Origin: Tubulanus polymorphus
Taxonomy: Eukaryota; Animalia; Nemertea
Reading direction: 5' to 3'
DNA length: 64,000 bases
Assembly: GCF_964204645.1 (NCBI RefSeq)
Contig: NC_134033.1
Span: forward strand, 6,658,231 to 6,722,230
In this document: one piece after another, positions 25,240-37,440 of the stretch
Numbering within the stretch: position 1 is the stretch's first letter
Layout: the number at the start of each line of letters is the position of its first letter
Translations under genes and position numbers: made by a program
Notes under the pieces: model-generated
The model's input: the letters and a program-made list of their open reading frames with translations, nothing else
Told to the model about the DNA's origin: nothing
The model's database searches: none

Positions 25240-25910
25240 ATGGAAGCAAATAAGAAATACTACTGTCCAATATGTAAAATCAATATAGATAAATCTCAAA
25301 AAGCAAGACATAATAAAACTAAAACACATTTAGAAAATAAATTGAAATTAGAATATAAAGATGATATATTAGAAACTAAATTAGAAGAATTAAGGAATGA
25401 AAAAGAAATTATTATGATACATGTAATCAATCATTCAGTAACAAAAGATATTATAAAGAACATTTAAAATCTAAAACTCACATAAGAAATATTAATAATG
25501 ATAACTTATTTTCATTACTTAACATTAAAAATTATATCTCAGCAACAAATTTAGTGTATGAGAGGCATTATAATATGGATAATATTACTTTAATCAATCA
25601 AATATTATCAAATGAAGCATATTTAATTTTTGAACTAATAGATAATGGAATCAAAACTCCTAAAATATTTAATACAGTTTTAAATTATAAAGGAACTTTA
25701 GATGAAAAAATTATAAATATTCTCGAAACTCCTTTTAATGATAGAAATGATGATTTAATACTTTCTAAAGATTACAATGATTTGATTAACTTAAGAATTG
25801 AAAAACGAAAATTATATTATTTAAATTTTGATAATAAACAAATTATCTATAATGAAAATTCATCAAATATTGGTATTCAATGTGAATTAGATAATGAAAA
25901 GGAGAATTAA
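25240..25910 (+). pseudogene. Zinc-finger protein of the Polinton-like element (two U1/matrin-type C2H2 fingers), frameshifted
   Basis: CPICKINIDKSQKARHNKTKTH and, after a frameshift, DTCNQSFSNKRYYKEHLKSKTH, continuing into ORF 25554-25910. Its paralogue is 37038-37259 (-). Confidence 0.7.
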
Positions 25911-26677
25911 GATAGAATCTTTTAATTTAATTTATTTTACATATTCTAACTATAAAAATGAGTGAAAGTAAGGAATTAGAAATATTACATCTTATATATT
26001 ACATACAGAAATCAACAGAATATTAAATCAATTATTATGCTTGCAGGATTAGTTTCTTTTTCTTTTTCGTCTTATATAGTATAAAACAGTTATTAGAATT
26101 CTATGATAACTGTAAAATAAGATACGCTGAATTAAAAGATAACATAAATTATCTATCAGATAGAATTAATGATATCAAATGCTGTGAAATCTGAAATAAG
26201 AAATATAAAAATTTAAAAAATTTAAAAAACTCATAAATACATTCATGAATTAAATGATAAATTATATAATTCAAATTAAGTTTTTTAATGAAAAAGATTA
26301 ATTTCTATTTACATATTGATGGATGAGTGGATGAATTGGATGAATTGGATGATTTGGATGAATGGATGAATGGATGAGTCCGGCTGTTAAGACGTGTTGG
26401 TACAGTGGAGATTTAAAGTTTCATTTCGATGTCCTTCCACACTTGCTTGATTTATAAGATCTACTCAATCTATGCAGTGCTGTTCTTCTGAATGAGACAA
26501 CGAAGTGTACAAACAAATAAGTTTACTTTTTACTGGTATTTAGTGGTTCTATAGTATTAATCTATAGATATCGTCGATAGTCTGTCCTTAAGTCGTTTAC
26601 ACCGTAGTTGCCAAACGTTACCATAGAGACGTTGTGTACCTGTCAAAAAGTCACGGTCGACTGGAGATAATCTAAGT

Positions 26678-27245
26678 ATGGGTAGACCGAAGAAAGATCG
26701 CTCGACGAAACCTGCCACCGCTACCGCAGATAAAAAAGGCACAACGCCGAGTAACAATAACGTTGAAACCGTGCCAAATACTCAAAGCAATCCGAAACAA
26801 CAAACTCTGATCACGCCAGTCACTAGTACCCCGACTGCAGCCTCAGACCCCGAATCGAGGAAAAGATTCCCCTCTGAAGATGTCTCACCTCGTGAAGGTA
26901 TAAAAAACCCAATATTCCTCCAAACGTGAATCAACAGGCAACGAGGCCACATAATGAAAATTTCCCCGTAGACGAAATTGCGAGCACCGTCTCGAACCTC
27001 CTAAATAACGAGGAATCAACTGCGGGTCTAGTGAACCGAATCGTGTCGGCCATAAAGTTCACATTTCAAAATCAACTGGAACATCTTGTAAAAACGATCG
27101 ATGATCAAAACGAAGTCATAGCTGATCTTAGTGCGAAACTGGATCACCAGGAACAATATTCCAGGCGAAACAATATCATCGTAAACGGTATAAAAGAAAA
27201 TTCTTCAGAAAATACGGACCGAATAATTCTAGATCTCGCCCGTAA
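26678..27245 (+). pseudogene. LINE ORF1 remnant (coiled coil plus start of RRM), truncated
   Basis: MGRPKK... and LDHQEQYSRRNNIIVNGIKENSSENTD, a typical ORF1 motif. Frameshift near 26926; breaks off near 27245. Confidence 0.75.
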
Positions 27246-27313
27246 GAGTTGTTTTTTGTTGTTTCCAATTTTTCTACTGTGTAAACCATCTACCCGCATT
27301 TCGCCAATAAATT

Positions 27314-30300
27314 ATGTTTCATGATGATATATTTTTGGATAGTGAGAAGGATCCCCCCGACACTACTTATTATTGCATTGACTCGCTTAACGCTCTTGTG
27401 AACACCAACGACCAACAGAGTGGATTATTTCTATACCATACCAATGTTAGAAGCATGAACAAAAACTTTGAAAATTTAAGACTGAGATACAATAACTAGT
27501 ATAAACTTTTCACCCACAGTCATTGGGATATCCGAAACGTGGGCGCTAGACGATCACGATAATGACGTATTATACAGACTAGACGGATACAATAGCTTTT
27601 TCTTAAATCGTCATTTTAACCATGCAGGCGGTGTGGCTATATATATATATCGACGACCATTACCATTGTAAAGTACGTAACGACCTGAGTATAGAAAGTA
27701 ACACTTTTGAATTGTTATTTTGCGAATTGTCATTTTAACCATGCAGGCGGTGTGGCTATATATATCGATGACCATTACCATTGTAAAGTACGTATCGACC
27801 TGAGTATAGAAAGTAACACTTTTGAATTGTTATTTTGCGAATTGTCGATTTCACGTGATGAAAAAATATTAGTCGGTGTCTTATATCGACAAGGAGGTCA
27901 ACCAATTGATCAGTTTACCAATTAACTTAATTCAACATTAGCTAAATTGCCTAAAAATAACGTGTTCATTATGGGCGACATCAATATAGATCTCATCAAA
28001 GCATCCACGCACAACAAGACCCACGACTTCTTAAATAACATGGTTTCGCATTCATTACAACGTCTTATCTTAAAACCAACAAGAGTCACCGAAACGTCAG
28101 CAACCTGTATTGACCACATATATACCAATGTTGACAACCAAAGATCCGGCATATTGACTACTGATATTTCAGACCATTATTCTACCTTTGTTATTTACCC
28201 GCGTGCTCGACGGCTTAAAAATGAAGCGTACATTATCCATTTTAGACCTATCAATGAACTCAATATTTCGGATTTTAAAGCGCGCTTGACCAACGAAGAC
28301 TGGAGTGACATATACACAACCAATGATCCCAACGTAGCATAGTTTCCTATTCTAACTAAAAATGTAACTCGTCCTTCGTGTAAACCCTGGCTGTCCGAGG
28401 GCTTACTAAATTCTGTCAGAACCAAATTGAAATATTACCGAATATACAGACGAACTAAGCGCGCTGATCATCACGAACGTTACAAGAAATATGGCAACAG
28501 GTTGAATCGATTGCTTAAAGCTGCGCAGAAACAGCACTTCGCACGAGCATTAATTGCTGCGAAACATGACCTGAAAAAACCCTGGTCGATTCTAAACCAA
28601 GTTATCGGTAGCCCTAAAGATAGAAATATATGCCCATCATTTAGAGACATAAATGGTGTAGACCTTGACCCTTCAGATGTAGCCAATAAATTCAATTCTT
28701 TCATTACTAACGTTGGTAGAAACTTAGCGGACAAAATTCCAACAACCGAAATCTCTCCCCTATCATACCTCCAACCCGATTCTTCAAATAACCTGGTCCT
28801 AAACCCAATTATTCAGCAGGACATTTTATATATTGTCAATAATTTGGATGCTAATAAAGGTGCTGGGCCTGATGATATAAAACCTAAAATTGCTAAGTCT
28901 GCCATCTCTGAAATAATGGAACCATTACTATGCATCTTCAATAAATCATATTCAACGGGGATAGTTCCCGACGCTCTTAAGATCGCCAAAGTTACCCCAA
29001 TTCATTAAGGCGGTGATAAAAATGAAATCACTAACTACAGACCTATATCAGTCCTTTCGTTCTTTTCTAAAATCCTAGAAAAAAATTACCTACCCCCGTA
29101 TAATATCCTTTGTTGATAATCATCCTATCCTTAACCCTCATCAATATGGCTTTAGGAAAAATGCATCTACGGAACTTGCACTGCTTGACTTTACAGATCA
29201 TATCTCAAAACAGGTTGAAAATGGCCAATTCTCAATAAGTATTTTCATTGATTTATCGAAAGCTTTCGATACAATCGACCACTCAATTTTGATCCAAAAA
29301 CTACACAGATTAGGCATAAGAGGCTTACCGAATGATTGGATTAAAAGTTATTTATCAAATCGTAAACAATATGTAGACTACAATAAATCTCCTTCTAGTT
29401 ATCAGCCCATCTCACACGGTGTCCCACAAGGTTCTATTCTTGGACCATTACTTTTTCTTTTGTATGTAAATGACATAATACATGTTTCTAAGTTATTCAA
29501 GTTTATACTGTTTGCTGACGACACGACCATTTCTTGTAGCAACAAAGATCCTATAGAATTAATTCGTACCGTAAACCGCGAACTGATAAAACTACGTGGT
29601 TTAGAGCAAACAGACTCTCGTTGAATGTAAAGAAAACAAGCTACATGAAGTTTGGCAATTTTAGATTAGCAGACAATACAGAAATCAGAATAGACGATCA
29701 ACCTGTTGCTCATTCGTGCACCAACAAATTTCTTGGTGTGATTTTTGATGAAAACCTAAACTGGTCAGCACATACTGCCTATACATCTGCCAAAGTTTCA
29801 CGTGCTATTGGTTTATTGTTCAAAGCCCACAAATGTCTACCCCAGCCCATTTTGCCCACACTTTATCATTACTTAGTTTTACCATATTTCCAATACTGCA
29901 ACATTGTCTGGGGACGTATATATCTAATCCGTCTACATCATCTTAGCATCCTACAGAAACGGGCTTTACGACTTGTATATAATGTACCTTACCTAGCACA
30001 CACGAGTCCACTCTTTAAACAAGGCAATCACCTTAAATTATCTGACATTAATAAGCTCCGAACAGCAAGTTTCATTTTCAAGCTGACGTGCAACCAGGTG
30101 CCTAATACCCTACGACATATTCTTTCATATAGGTCTGATCAGCAACATCATAGTCTACGAAATGCCAATAATTTAAATATACCGCAACATCAAACTACGC
30201 TCGTTCTCAATTAGTATAGCAGGCCCAAAGCTCTGGAATTCTTTACCAATCAACATCCGAAATAGTTCATCTCTTTATAGTTTCAAGCACAATCTCAAGA

Positions 30301-30323
30301 AGCTACTCATGTCAACCTATTAA
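27314..30323 (+). pseudogene. LINE ORF2: AP endonuclease plus reverse transcriptase, with several stops and frameshifts
   Basis: HTNVRS, IGISETW, GGVAIYI, MGDINID, CIDHIY, ISDHY (endonuclease); NYRPIS, QYGFR, DLSKAFDTIDH, GVPQGSILGPLLF, LFADDT (RT). A ~119-bp internal tandem duplication at 27610-27846. Confidence 0.92.
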
Positions 30324-30697
30324 TCAACATCTAAAATCTTGAGCAAACCAAAATACTATAAATGTGTAGAAATTTATTTTATGCAGAAATGCTTATCTTT
30401 TTAGGGATTATATCTCATTCGTCGAAATGGGAGGACTTTTCTATTCTTCTTAAATTATCCCGTTAATCAATAACAGTCTACCATCAATTAATCCCATGAC
30501 TAGTTGATGCTATAACATAGAATTTTGCATCCTTCTCATTATCCAAATAGTATCATTCCATCATTCTCAATGTTCCTTCTTTTCATAATTGCATTATGTA
30601 TTTACATTTGTATCATGATAATCATCAAATCAAAATAAATCAAATCAAACATATATATTTTACTTTTATACACACGAATTGGAAGTATAGATATAAT

Positions 30698-30976
<279 letters not shown>

Positions 30977-31349
30977 ATTGTGTGTATATATATATAGTAT
31001 AAATATGAATATAGTATAAATAACTTAAAATCAAACTCTTACTGTTTTTAGAATTAAAAAAAATATAAATTATATATGTTACCCTCGTTCACTCATCCAT
31101 TCTTCCAATGCTTCCAATTCTTCCAATTCATCCACTCACACACAATTCAAAATTGTATAATATTTCAAATTTCAAGTATCACAGCAATAATTTAGAACCT
31201 TTATTATTTTCGAACTTATTCATATATTAGTTGAAAAATTAAAAATATATTGGTTGAAAATGTAAACAATAATATATATTTAAAAAATGGGGTTTTAAGT
31301 ATTAAAGTATCTAATACGTATCTAATACATAAATGCTTAAATTATGATT

Positions 31350-31959
31350 TTATTTTATAAATTTATATTCATATGGAAATTGAAACCTCTGAAGTAATTT
31401 TGAACCTTTATTACTTTTTAATTTATTCATATATTCATCATGTAATTCGGTAGGTATAATTTGATTTTCTTCCAATGATTGTTGCATAGATTTTCTATCT
31501 TTGTTATAGAATAAAACTAAAAATCTTATATTCTCCCTAAAATCTTTCACAATTGAATTTTATTTTTGATTTAAACCCCACGTTGTTATCCCAAAATCTC
31601 CCAGAGAAAGCTAAATAACATAATTCACTTTCTCTAACTTTTGAATCATGTAAATTTGCACAATCATCCACAATGAATAATGTATTTGATCCTTTATAAA
31701 CATCTAATGCAATTTTTATACAATTATCTAAATTTTCTTTTACTGTTTTGGGATCTAATATAATAAACATTTTTATCTTAACTATATCCCTATTATACGT
31801 TTCATTCATTTCATAAGTAGGGCAAAATAATATTATATAATCAAAATGATTTTTATAAATAGTTTCTAATAAATCAAATACAAAATGTGTTTTACCACAA
31901 TTTGTTACTCCAGTAACTAACATATTATGTGGTTCAAATATAAATAAATCTTCATTCAT
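31350..31959 (-). pseudogene. A32/FtsK-like DNA packaging ATPase, frameshifted
   Basis: Walker A GVTNCGKT, Walker B LFIVDD, and LAFSGR at the A32 arginine-motif position. The C-terminus continues in ORF 31350-31550. Confidence 0.85.
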
Positions 31960-33033
31960 TTATTCTTTTAATTTTACTAGATAAAATCCATTCATTAAAT
32001 TTATCATCATATCCTTTATATTTCACTAAAGAATACTTTTTTCCTTAAGAGTTTTTGTTTTTAATACTTTTTCTATTTTATATTCTATATCATCTGGATT
32101 TGGTACAAGTGATAATTCTTGTTCATAAAATAACCTAATATTTCTTCATCTTTTAAATCTTCTAATTTAACAAAAGGTTTAGTTAATATTATTTTCTTAA
32201 TTCTAAATATTTCTTCAGTAAAATTAGGTGTATAACCTTTATAAAATGTTTTTCGATATTTAGATATTCTATATATGTTGTCCTATTTTAAATTTAGGTT
32301 CTCCAAAATCATGTGTAACAAATGCCCCATATAAATTATTTCAAACAACATCTGAATTATCTTCTTTTCTAGCTTGTATAGGTTTCATACCAATACTTGA
32401 ATGTTTAGAATTACTATAACCTTTCACTAAATCATCTAATACATCGATATATTTATATGTTTCATTAGCAGTAAAATATTTCCACATTCTAGTTTTCAAT
32501 GTTTTATTAAATCTTTCTATATTAGATGCTTTTTTATCTGAGTGTGTTGAAAAAAATTCTACATCGTTATCAGATAATAATTTTTTTAAATGTTTATTAT
32601 AAAATTCTTTACCTTCATCAAATTGTATCTTATCTGGGATAACTTCTTTAAATATATTTTTAAAAGCATTTATTACTTCTATACCAGTTTTATTTTTGAT
32701 TGGAATTGACCATGCGTATCTACTGAATATATCTATAATATTTAGTATCCAAAAATATCCTTTATTGTATTCTTCTAAGTTCTTCATATCTATTAAATCT
32801 GCTTGCCATTGTTGATCAATATATGAAACCATAACTTTCCTTGTTAAATAATTTTTATCCAATTTCTTATGGATTTGATATGTTGGTTGATTTTGCAACC
32901 ATAATCTTAGTTCACTATATTTTATATTTTCATTATCAGATTTAATTTTATCCCATAATTCTGAAACACTAGAATGTGATACTTCACTCTTTGGATTATA
33001 ATATAAATCTCTTAAATATTGTTCTTTTTTCAT
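31952..33033 (-). pseudogene. Polinton-type retroviral-like (rve) integrase with C-terminal chromodomain
   Basis: LRDLYYNP...WQADLIDM...IDIFSRYAW...QFDEGKEF...IERFNKTLK (D,D,E). After the premature stop at 32341: KGYTPNFTEEIF, FYEQEL, YKIEKVL, LVKYKGYDDKFNEWI. Confidence 0.92.
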
Positions 33034-33039
33034 CTTATT

Positions 33040-34158
33040 TTAATCCATTAATAATAATTTAGATTTATTTTCGTGTATAATAGGCGGTATTCGAAAAACG
33101 CCTAATGAAAAACACCGAATCGGAAAACGCATAACGCCTAATTCATAGTAACATCCAAGAAATTGACCTAAATCCCTACGTGAACTATGTACGCAACGCT
33201 ACATAGTTCACGTCGGAGTGCGTGGAGCCCCGCCTGTTCCATCTTCGTTTCTACTGTCTTTGGTTACACAGGCTTATCTGTGTTATTATTTCATATTAAG
33301 ACAGAGTATTATGATAATAAAAGACATCATATTTTTTATATGGAACATATAGTTTATTATTTTTTGTTCAAAGAAGTTCAGGGGCTGGACATTATTTAGT
33401 CTCTCATTGGTTCGGTAGGTTCACATTAGCGTGGTTGTGAACAGTTTGGAGGATAATTTGAGAAAGGCTATTTTATCAGTCTCTGTGTGCGTTGTATCAT
33501 ATTTATGCATTCCGGTTTCAAAATTCAAGAAAGCCGGTTTATAACCGCGGCGTTTGTTTTCGCATTATCATAGAAGTGTAAACTGTTTCAGTTTACACTT
33601 CTATGGCGTTATGTAATTAATTGCTTGCACGGCGGACATTCTATCATCATCCCATAATGTAGTTTACAAGAGTAGTCTCGTTTCGTGAAGCGTAAAACAC
33701 ATGTATTTTCAAACTGTTCCGTTGATGAGTTGGATTGTGAGTCTCAGTAGATGGTGCAATTACGAAATTAGGTCATTTTCTAGGAATTAGGCGTTATGCG
33801 TTTTCCGATTCGGTGTATTTCATTAGGCGTTTTTCGAGTACCGGTATAATAGGTTTATAATCATCACTACTATCATCATTATCATTATCATCATTATTGT
33901 TATTAAATTTAGATTTATATATTATACCAGAGAATATAATTACTGTGATTAACCAAATTGTAATATATAATTCATTATTACTTCCAGTATTAGAAGAATT
34001 AGATAAATTATTATTTGATTTAATATCAGGTGATTCATTTATATCAGCTAATTTCTTTTTCTTAGCTTTTTTTAATTCTGCAGATCTTTTTCCCAACTCC
34101 TTTGCCCATTTAATTCGTTTTTTTTAGATCAAGGCTTCTTCTTAATATCATCACTCAT
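33040..34158 (-). pseudogene. Small basic protein with one predicted transmembrane helix, split by a MITE
   Basis: Lys/Arg-rich N-terminus (RIKWAKELGKRSAELKKAKKKK) and hydrophobic LYITIWLITVIIFSGIIY. Removing the MITE and one TSD restores ...DYKPIIHENKSKLLLMD*. Confidence 0.65.
33085..33843. mobile_element. Mutator-like MITE
   Basis: ~60-bp TIRs cggta(t/c)tcgaaaaacgcctaatgaaa...gcctaattc and a 10-bp TSD GTATAATAGG (33075-33084, 33844-33853). Confidence 0.88.
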
Positions 34159-34738
34159 TTATTTTAGTTAATTCTTGTTCTGGTTCAATATTATCTGATT
34201 CATTTTTATCTTTATATTCTATAGGTTTAACGTTAGAAAATGTTATAACTCCAGTAGAAATAAATGTCATTATTCCACGTAATTGGACTGAAGCGTATCC
34301 AACCAATTTTTGTAATTCTGTCATAACTAAGAAGTCATTTTTTAAGCCACTATATAGTTTATTTTCATCATTAATTGGTATTATCCGGTTACATAATTAA
34401 GAATAACATTTTATAATACCATTCGAAATTCAGTCATTTATTCTAGCTAATCTAGCTTCTTCATATATTTTGTAATGTTTCATTACTTTATCTGGTTTCA
34501 TAGCATCTAATTCTTGAAAAGTTATTATTTTCCCGATAAATTCCTTACACTTTCCACTGGCAATTAATAATTCTAGATGGTGCTTACATGTCAAATAGTA
34601 TTCATAATCAATATTACTATCAATTTTACTATCAATATTATTTTCAATTTTGGTTGGAATATCCTTATTATCAGTAATGCCCAAATCTTCAATTGTCTTT
34701 TCAATATCAATATTATTCTTATTCGATTTCTTTGACAT
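34151..34738 (-). pseudogene. Unknown ~195-aa protein of the Polinton-like element, two in-frame stops
   Basis: One reading frame from MSKKSN through LELLIASGKCKEFIGK...YKIYEEARL and IIPINDENKLYSGLKNDFLV to a hydrophobic stretch (LVGYASVQLRGIMTFISTGVITF). Confidence 0.6.
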
Positions 34739-35088
34739 TTATCTTAACAAAAAAGCGAAAAAAAATATTATAATTATTCTAAAATGATACTAGCTAGTTA
34801 AAGTTAAAGAATTGTAGTATTAAATAAGAATTATTAGTTAGTTAAAGTTAAAGAATTTTTAATAATTTTGTATTCGAGATATAAAGTATTTTCTTTTTGA
34901 AAAGAAAATATTAGATTTTGAAAAAAATTAAAATAGAAATAATGGCTAGTTAATGAAATGTAATTTTTAATACTTTTTATTTAAATTCTATTTAAAATCT
35001 TCTTTGAAAAGAAATATAAGAATATGATTTTAATATCTGACTACTTTTGTCTATTCATAGGAGCAATTACTATAACTGTCCAGATAAG

Positions 35089-35816
35089 TCATTTCGGATT
35101 CTCGATATTAAATTCCTCAACGTATTGTTCATTATTTGGATCATTGTTCCATAATTCAATAATCTTCTTTGCTTTATCTAACTGATCTAAGTACAACTGT
35201 AAATCTAGTTTATTAGACTTAATCATATTTTCTTTCTTTTCAAGAGGCCTTAAATTCTTCCAATTCCATATCAATTTCTTATTGTATTCATCACTCATGT
35301 TTAATTTCGATATTGGTAAAACATGATCAATGTGGAAATATTCACCATAATTATTCATATTCATTTTATCGTCAAACTGATATATAATCCATGATTTTAA
35401 GAATTCATCTGTACAACCCAACAAATTAGATAGTGTAACTATAGCGCTTCTTTACTGAATAATTTTGATACTTTAGATCTTAAACATTTTCTCATTTTAA
35501 AATTAAAATCTGTTTTATACCTTTCTTTTTGATAATTATTATTAAAATCATTAGAATGTTCACGATGAATTTCTCTCCATCGTTTATTAAAAGCTTTCCA
35601 GTTTTCAATATTATCTACATAATAATCTGGATTATTTTCATGAAATTTTTTACAATTTCGTTTATTACTAGTATTGCAATTATAACTTTTACCATCTTTA
35701 GAATTTTTATCTTCATTAAATTCTGCTAATGATTTATTTATTTTACATTTAGAACATGTCTTCTGATATATATTAAAGATACTATTTGTAATATTGATAG
35801 TTTGAGACGGTTGCAT
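35089..35816 (-). pseudogene. HNH-family endonuclease with N-terminal Cys motif (large-DNA-virus/phage type), frameshifted near 35430
   Basis: KTCSKCKINKSLAEFNEDKNSKDG...; LGC...NYGEYFHIDHVLPIS...NWKNLRPLEKKENMIKSNK. Confidence 0.75.
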
Positions 35817-35819
35817 TTA

Positions 35820-37035
35820 TAATACATATTTTTATTAAAATAGAAATAACATGTAATAATTCTTTTAATAATTTCGTTGTCTTTCTCTTCTTCTCTTTTG
35901 AACTTTAAGTATTCATCTAAATTGCAACCGTACGCGACTGACTGTATGAATTCCGTCATCTAAAATCTATCTTTTGTCGTCAAATGGGTTTAAACTAACC
36001 TTTTTTATCTCTTCAATAAACATCTCGTGATCTTCAGATCTTAAACATTTCATCTTATGGTTTCTAACTTCTTCATTAAATATACAATCGATGTAATCTT
36101 TAGATTGAATATTTTTCTCAACAATGCTTTTTGTAATACCTTTCAGTTTTTTAGCTTCATGAGTTTTGCTTTTATATGAATACATTTTAGATGGAATTCC
36201 AATGAACTTCATCATTTCTTCACCACCTAATTCATCCTTAAACTTCCCAGTAACCTTTTTATTTTCGTTACTAAATAATTCATATAATCTTTTGACTAGT
36301 TACTGAAATCAAAATGATGTTTTAATGTTTTTAAATCATCTGTTATATTATTAGTTTTTATCTTTAATATGTAACTGTCAGTATCAAAATATAAGATTTC
36401 TATATGCTTTTCTCCAAAATGAGGTTGTAATACGTTATAGTAAAATTCATACATCAATAATTTTGATATTTCTAAAACTGATGCTCCAACATAAATTGGT
36501 TTATTAAATTTCATAGAAGTTCTTTTCATTTTAACTGTAGCTACATTTTCATCAAATATTCTGTTACAATAAATTTAGGATATGTTTGTAAATGCCTTAT
36601 CCTTTTACCATTATTAACTAACTCAATATTATTTCTATTTCTAATATTCTCACAAGTTTTTCCATAGAATGCATTATTCATTAACTTGAAGAAATCTTTT
36701 TCGAAATCAGTTTTAGCTTTAGTTCTCCGTTTGGTGTTAAAATCTATATATTTTTCTAACCATTTAGATTGACTGAATGAAATATATCTATGTAATTTTT
36801 TTAGGATCATTCCTTGTTTTAGATGAAATTTTAACATCCGATAATGTGCTACATAATTATATTTAGCTTCCTGAGTTACCATTAACTTTTCTATGTGAAT
36901 ATGATTATCGGGTTTAATTCTTTTTTGATAAATTGATAATTCTTCATGTGTTACAGTTTTATGTTCGGGACAGTATACTAGATTTCTAGATTTAGATTTA
37001 ATATGTTCAGGATATTCCAAGTCTACAACAAATGT
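35820..37035 (-). pseudogene. polB: Protein-primed family B DNA polymerase, C-terminal half, frameshifted
   Basis: VDLEYP, FFKLMNNAFYGKTCEN (motif B), KPIYVGASVLEISK, LYFDTDS (motif C), GKFKDE, KMYSY, KLKGI, LNPFDDKR.ILDDGIHT. Confidence 0.93.
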
Positions 37036-37037
37036 TC

Positions 37038-37259
37038 TTAATAATATAGTTTGTTACTGAATGATTGATTACATGTATCACATTCATATATTTCTTTTTC
37101 ATTGTTTAATTCATCTAATTTAGTTTCTAATATATCATCTTCATATTCTAATTTCAATGTATTCTCTAAATGTGTTTTAGTTTTATTATGTCTTGCTTTT
37201 TGAGATTCATTTATATTGATTTTACATGTTGGACAGTAGTACTTCTTATTTGCTTCCAT
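37038..37259 (-). pseudogene. Zinc-finger ORF 5' part, joined directly to mid-PolB
   Basis: Paralogue of 25240-25467. Homology ends at gaacattt, which runs straight into the PolB FVVDLEYP codons. Confidence 0.75.
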
Positions 37260-37440
37260 TTTGATATCAAATTTTTTATTAAAATTGATTTTACATATTT
37301 TTTATTCAAAATCTATATCATGGTGCCCTTTTCATTCTTACCTTTGTATATGAAATAGAAATCACCAGAACATAATTCTTCTAGATCTTCACTAGATAAT
37401 CTATGAAATCTATCTGGAAAATGTGTTCTGAATTTATATT

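Larger units (their letters stand above)
26380..30647 (+). mobile_element. Non-LTR retrotransposon (CR1/L2 group, Crack/Daphne-like), near full length, inactive
   Basis: ORF1 and ORF2 remnants, 3' AATAAA and (AATCA)n tail. Inserted in the subterminal GGATGAATT repeats of the Polinton-like element. Confidence 0.9.

Noticed and set aside
33034-33038. ATAAG before the integrase ATG as a baculovirus-type late promoter
   Set aside because: A short motif in very AT-rich DNA and not consistent across genes; ATAAATG is the recurrent pattern.
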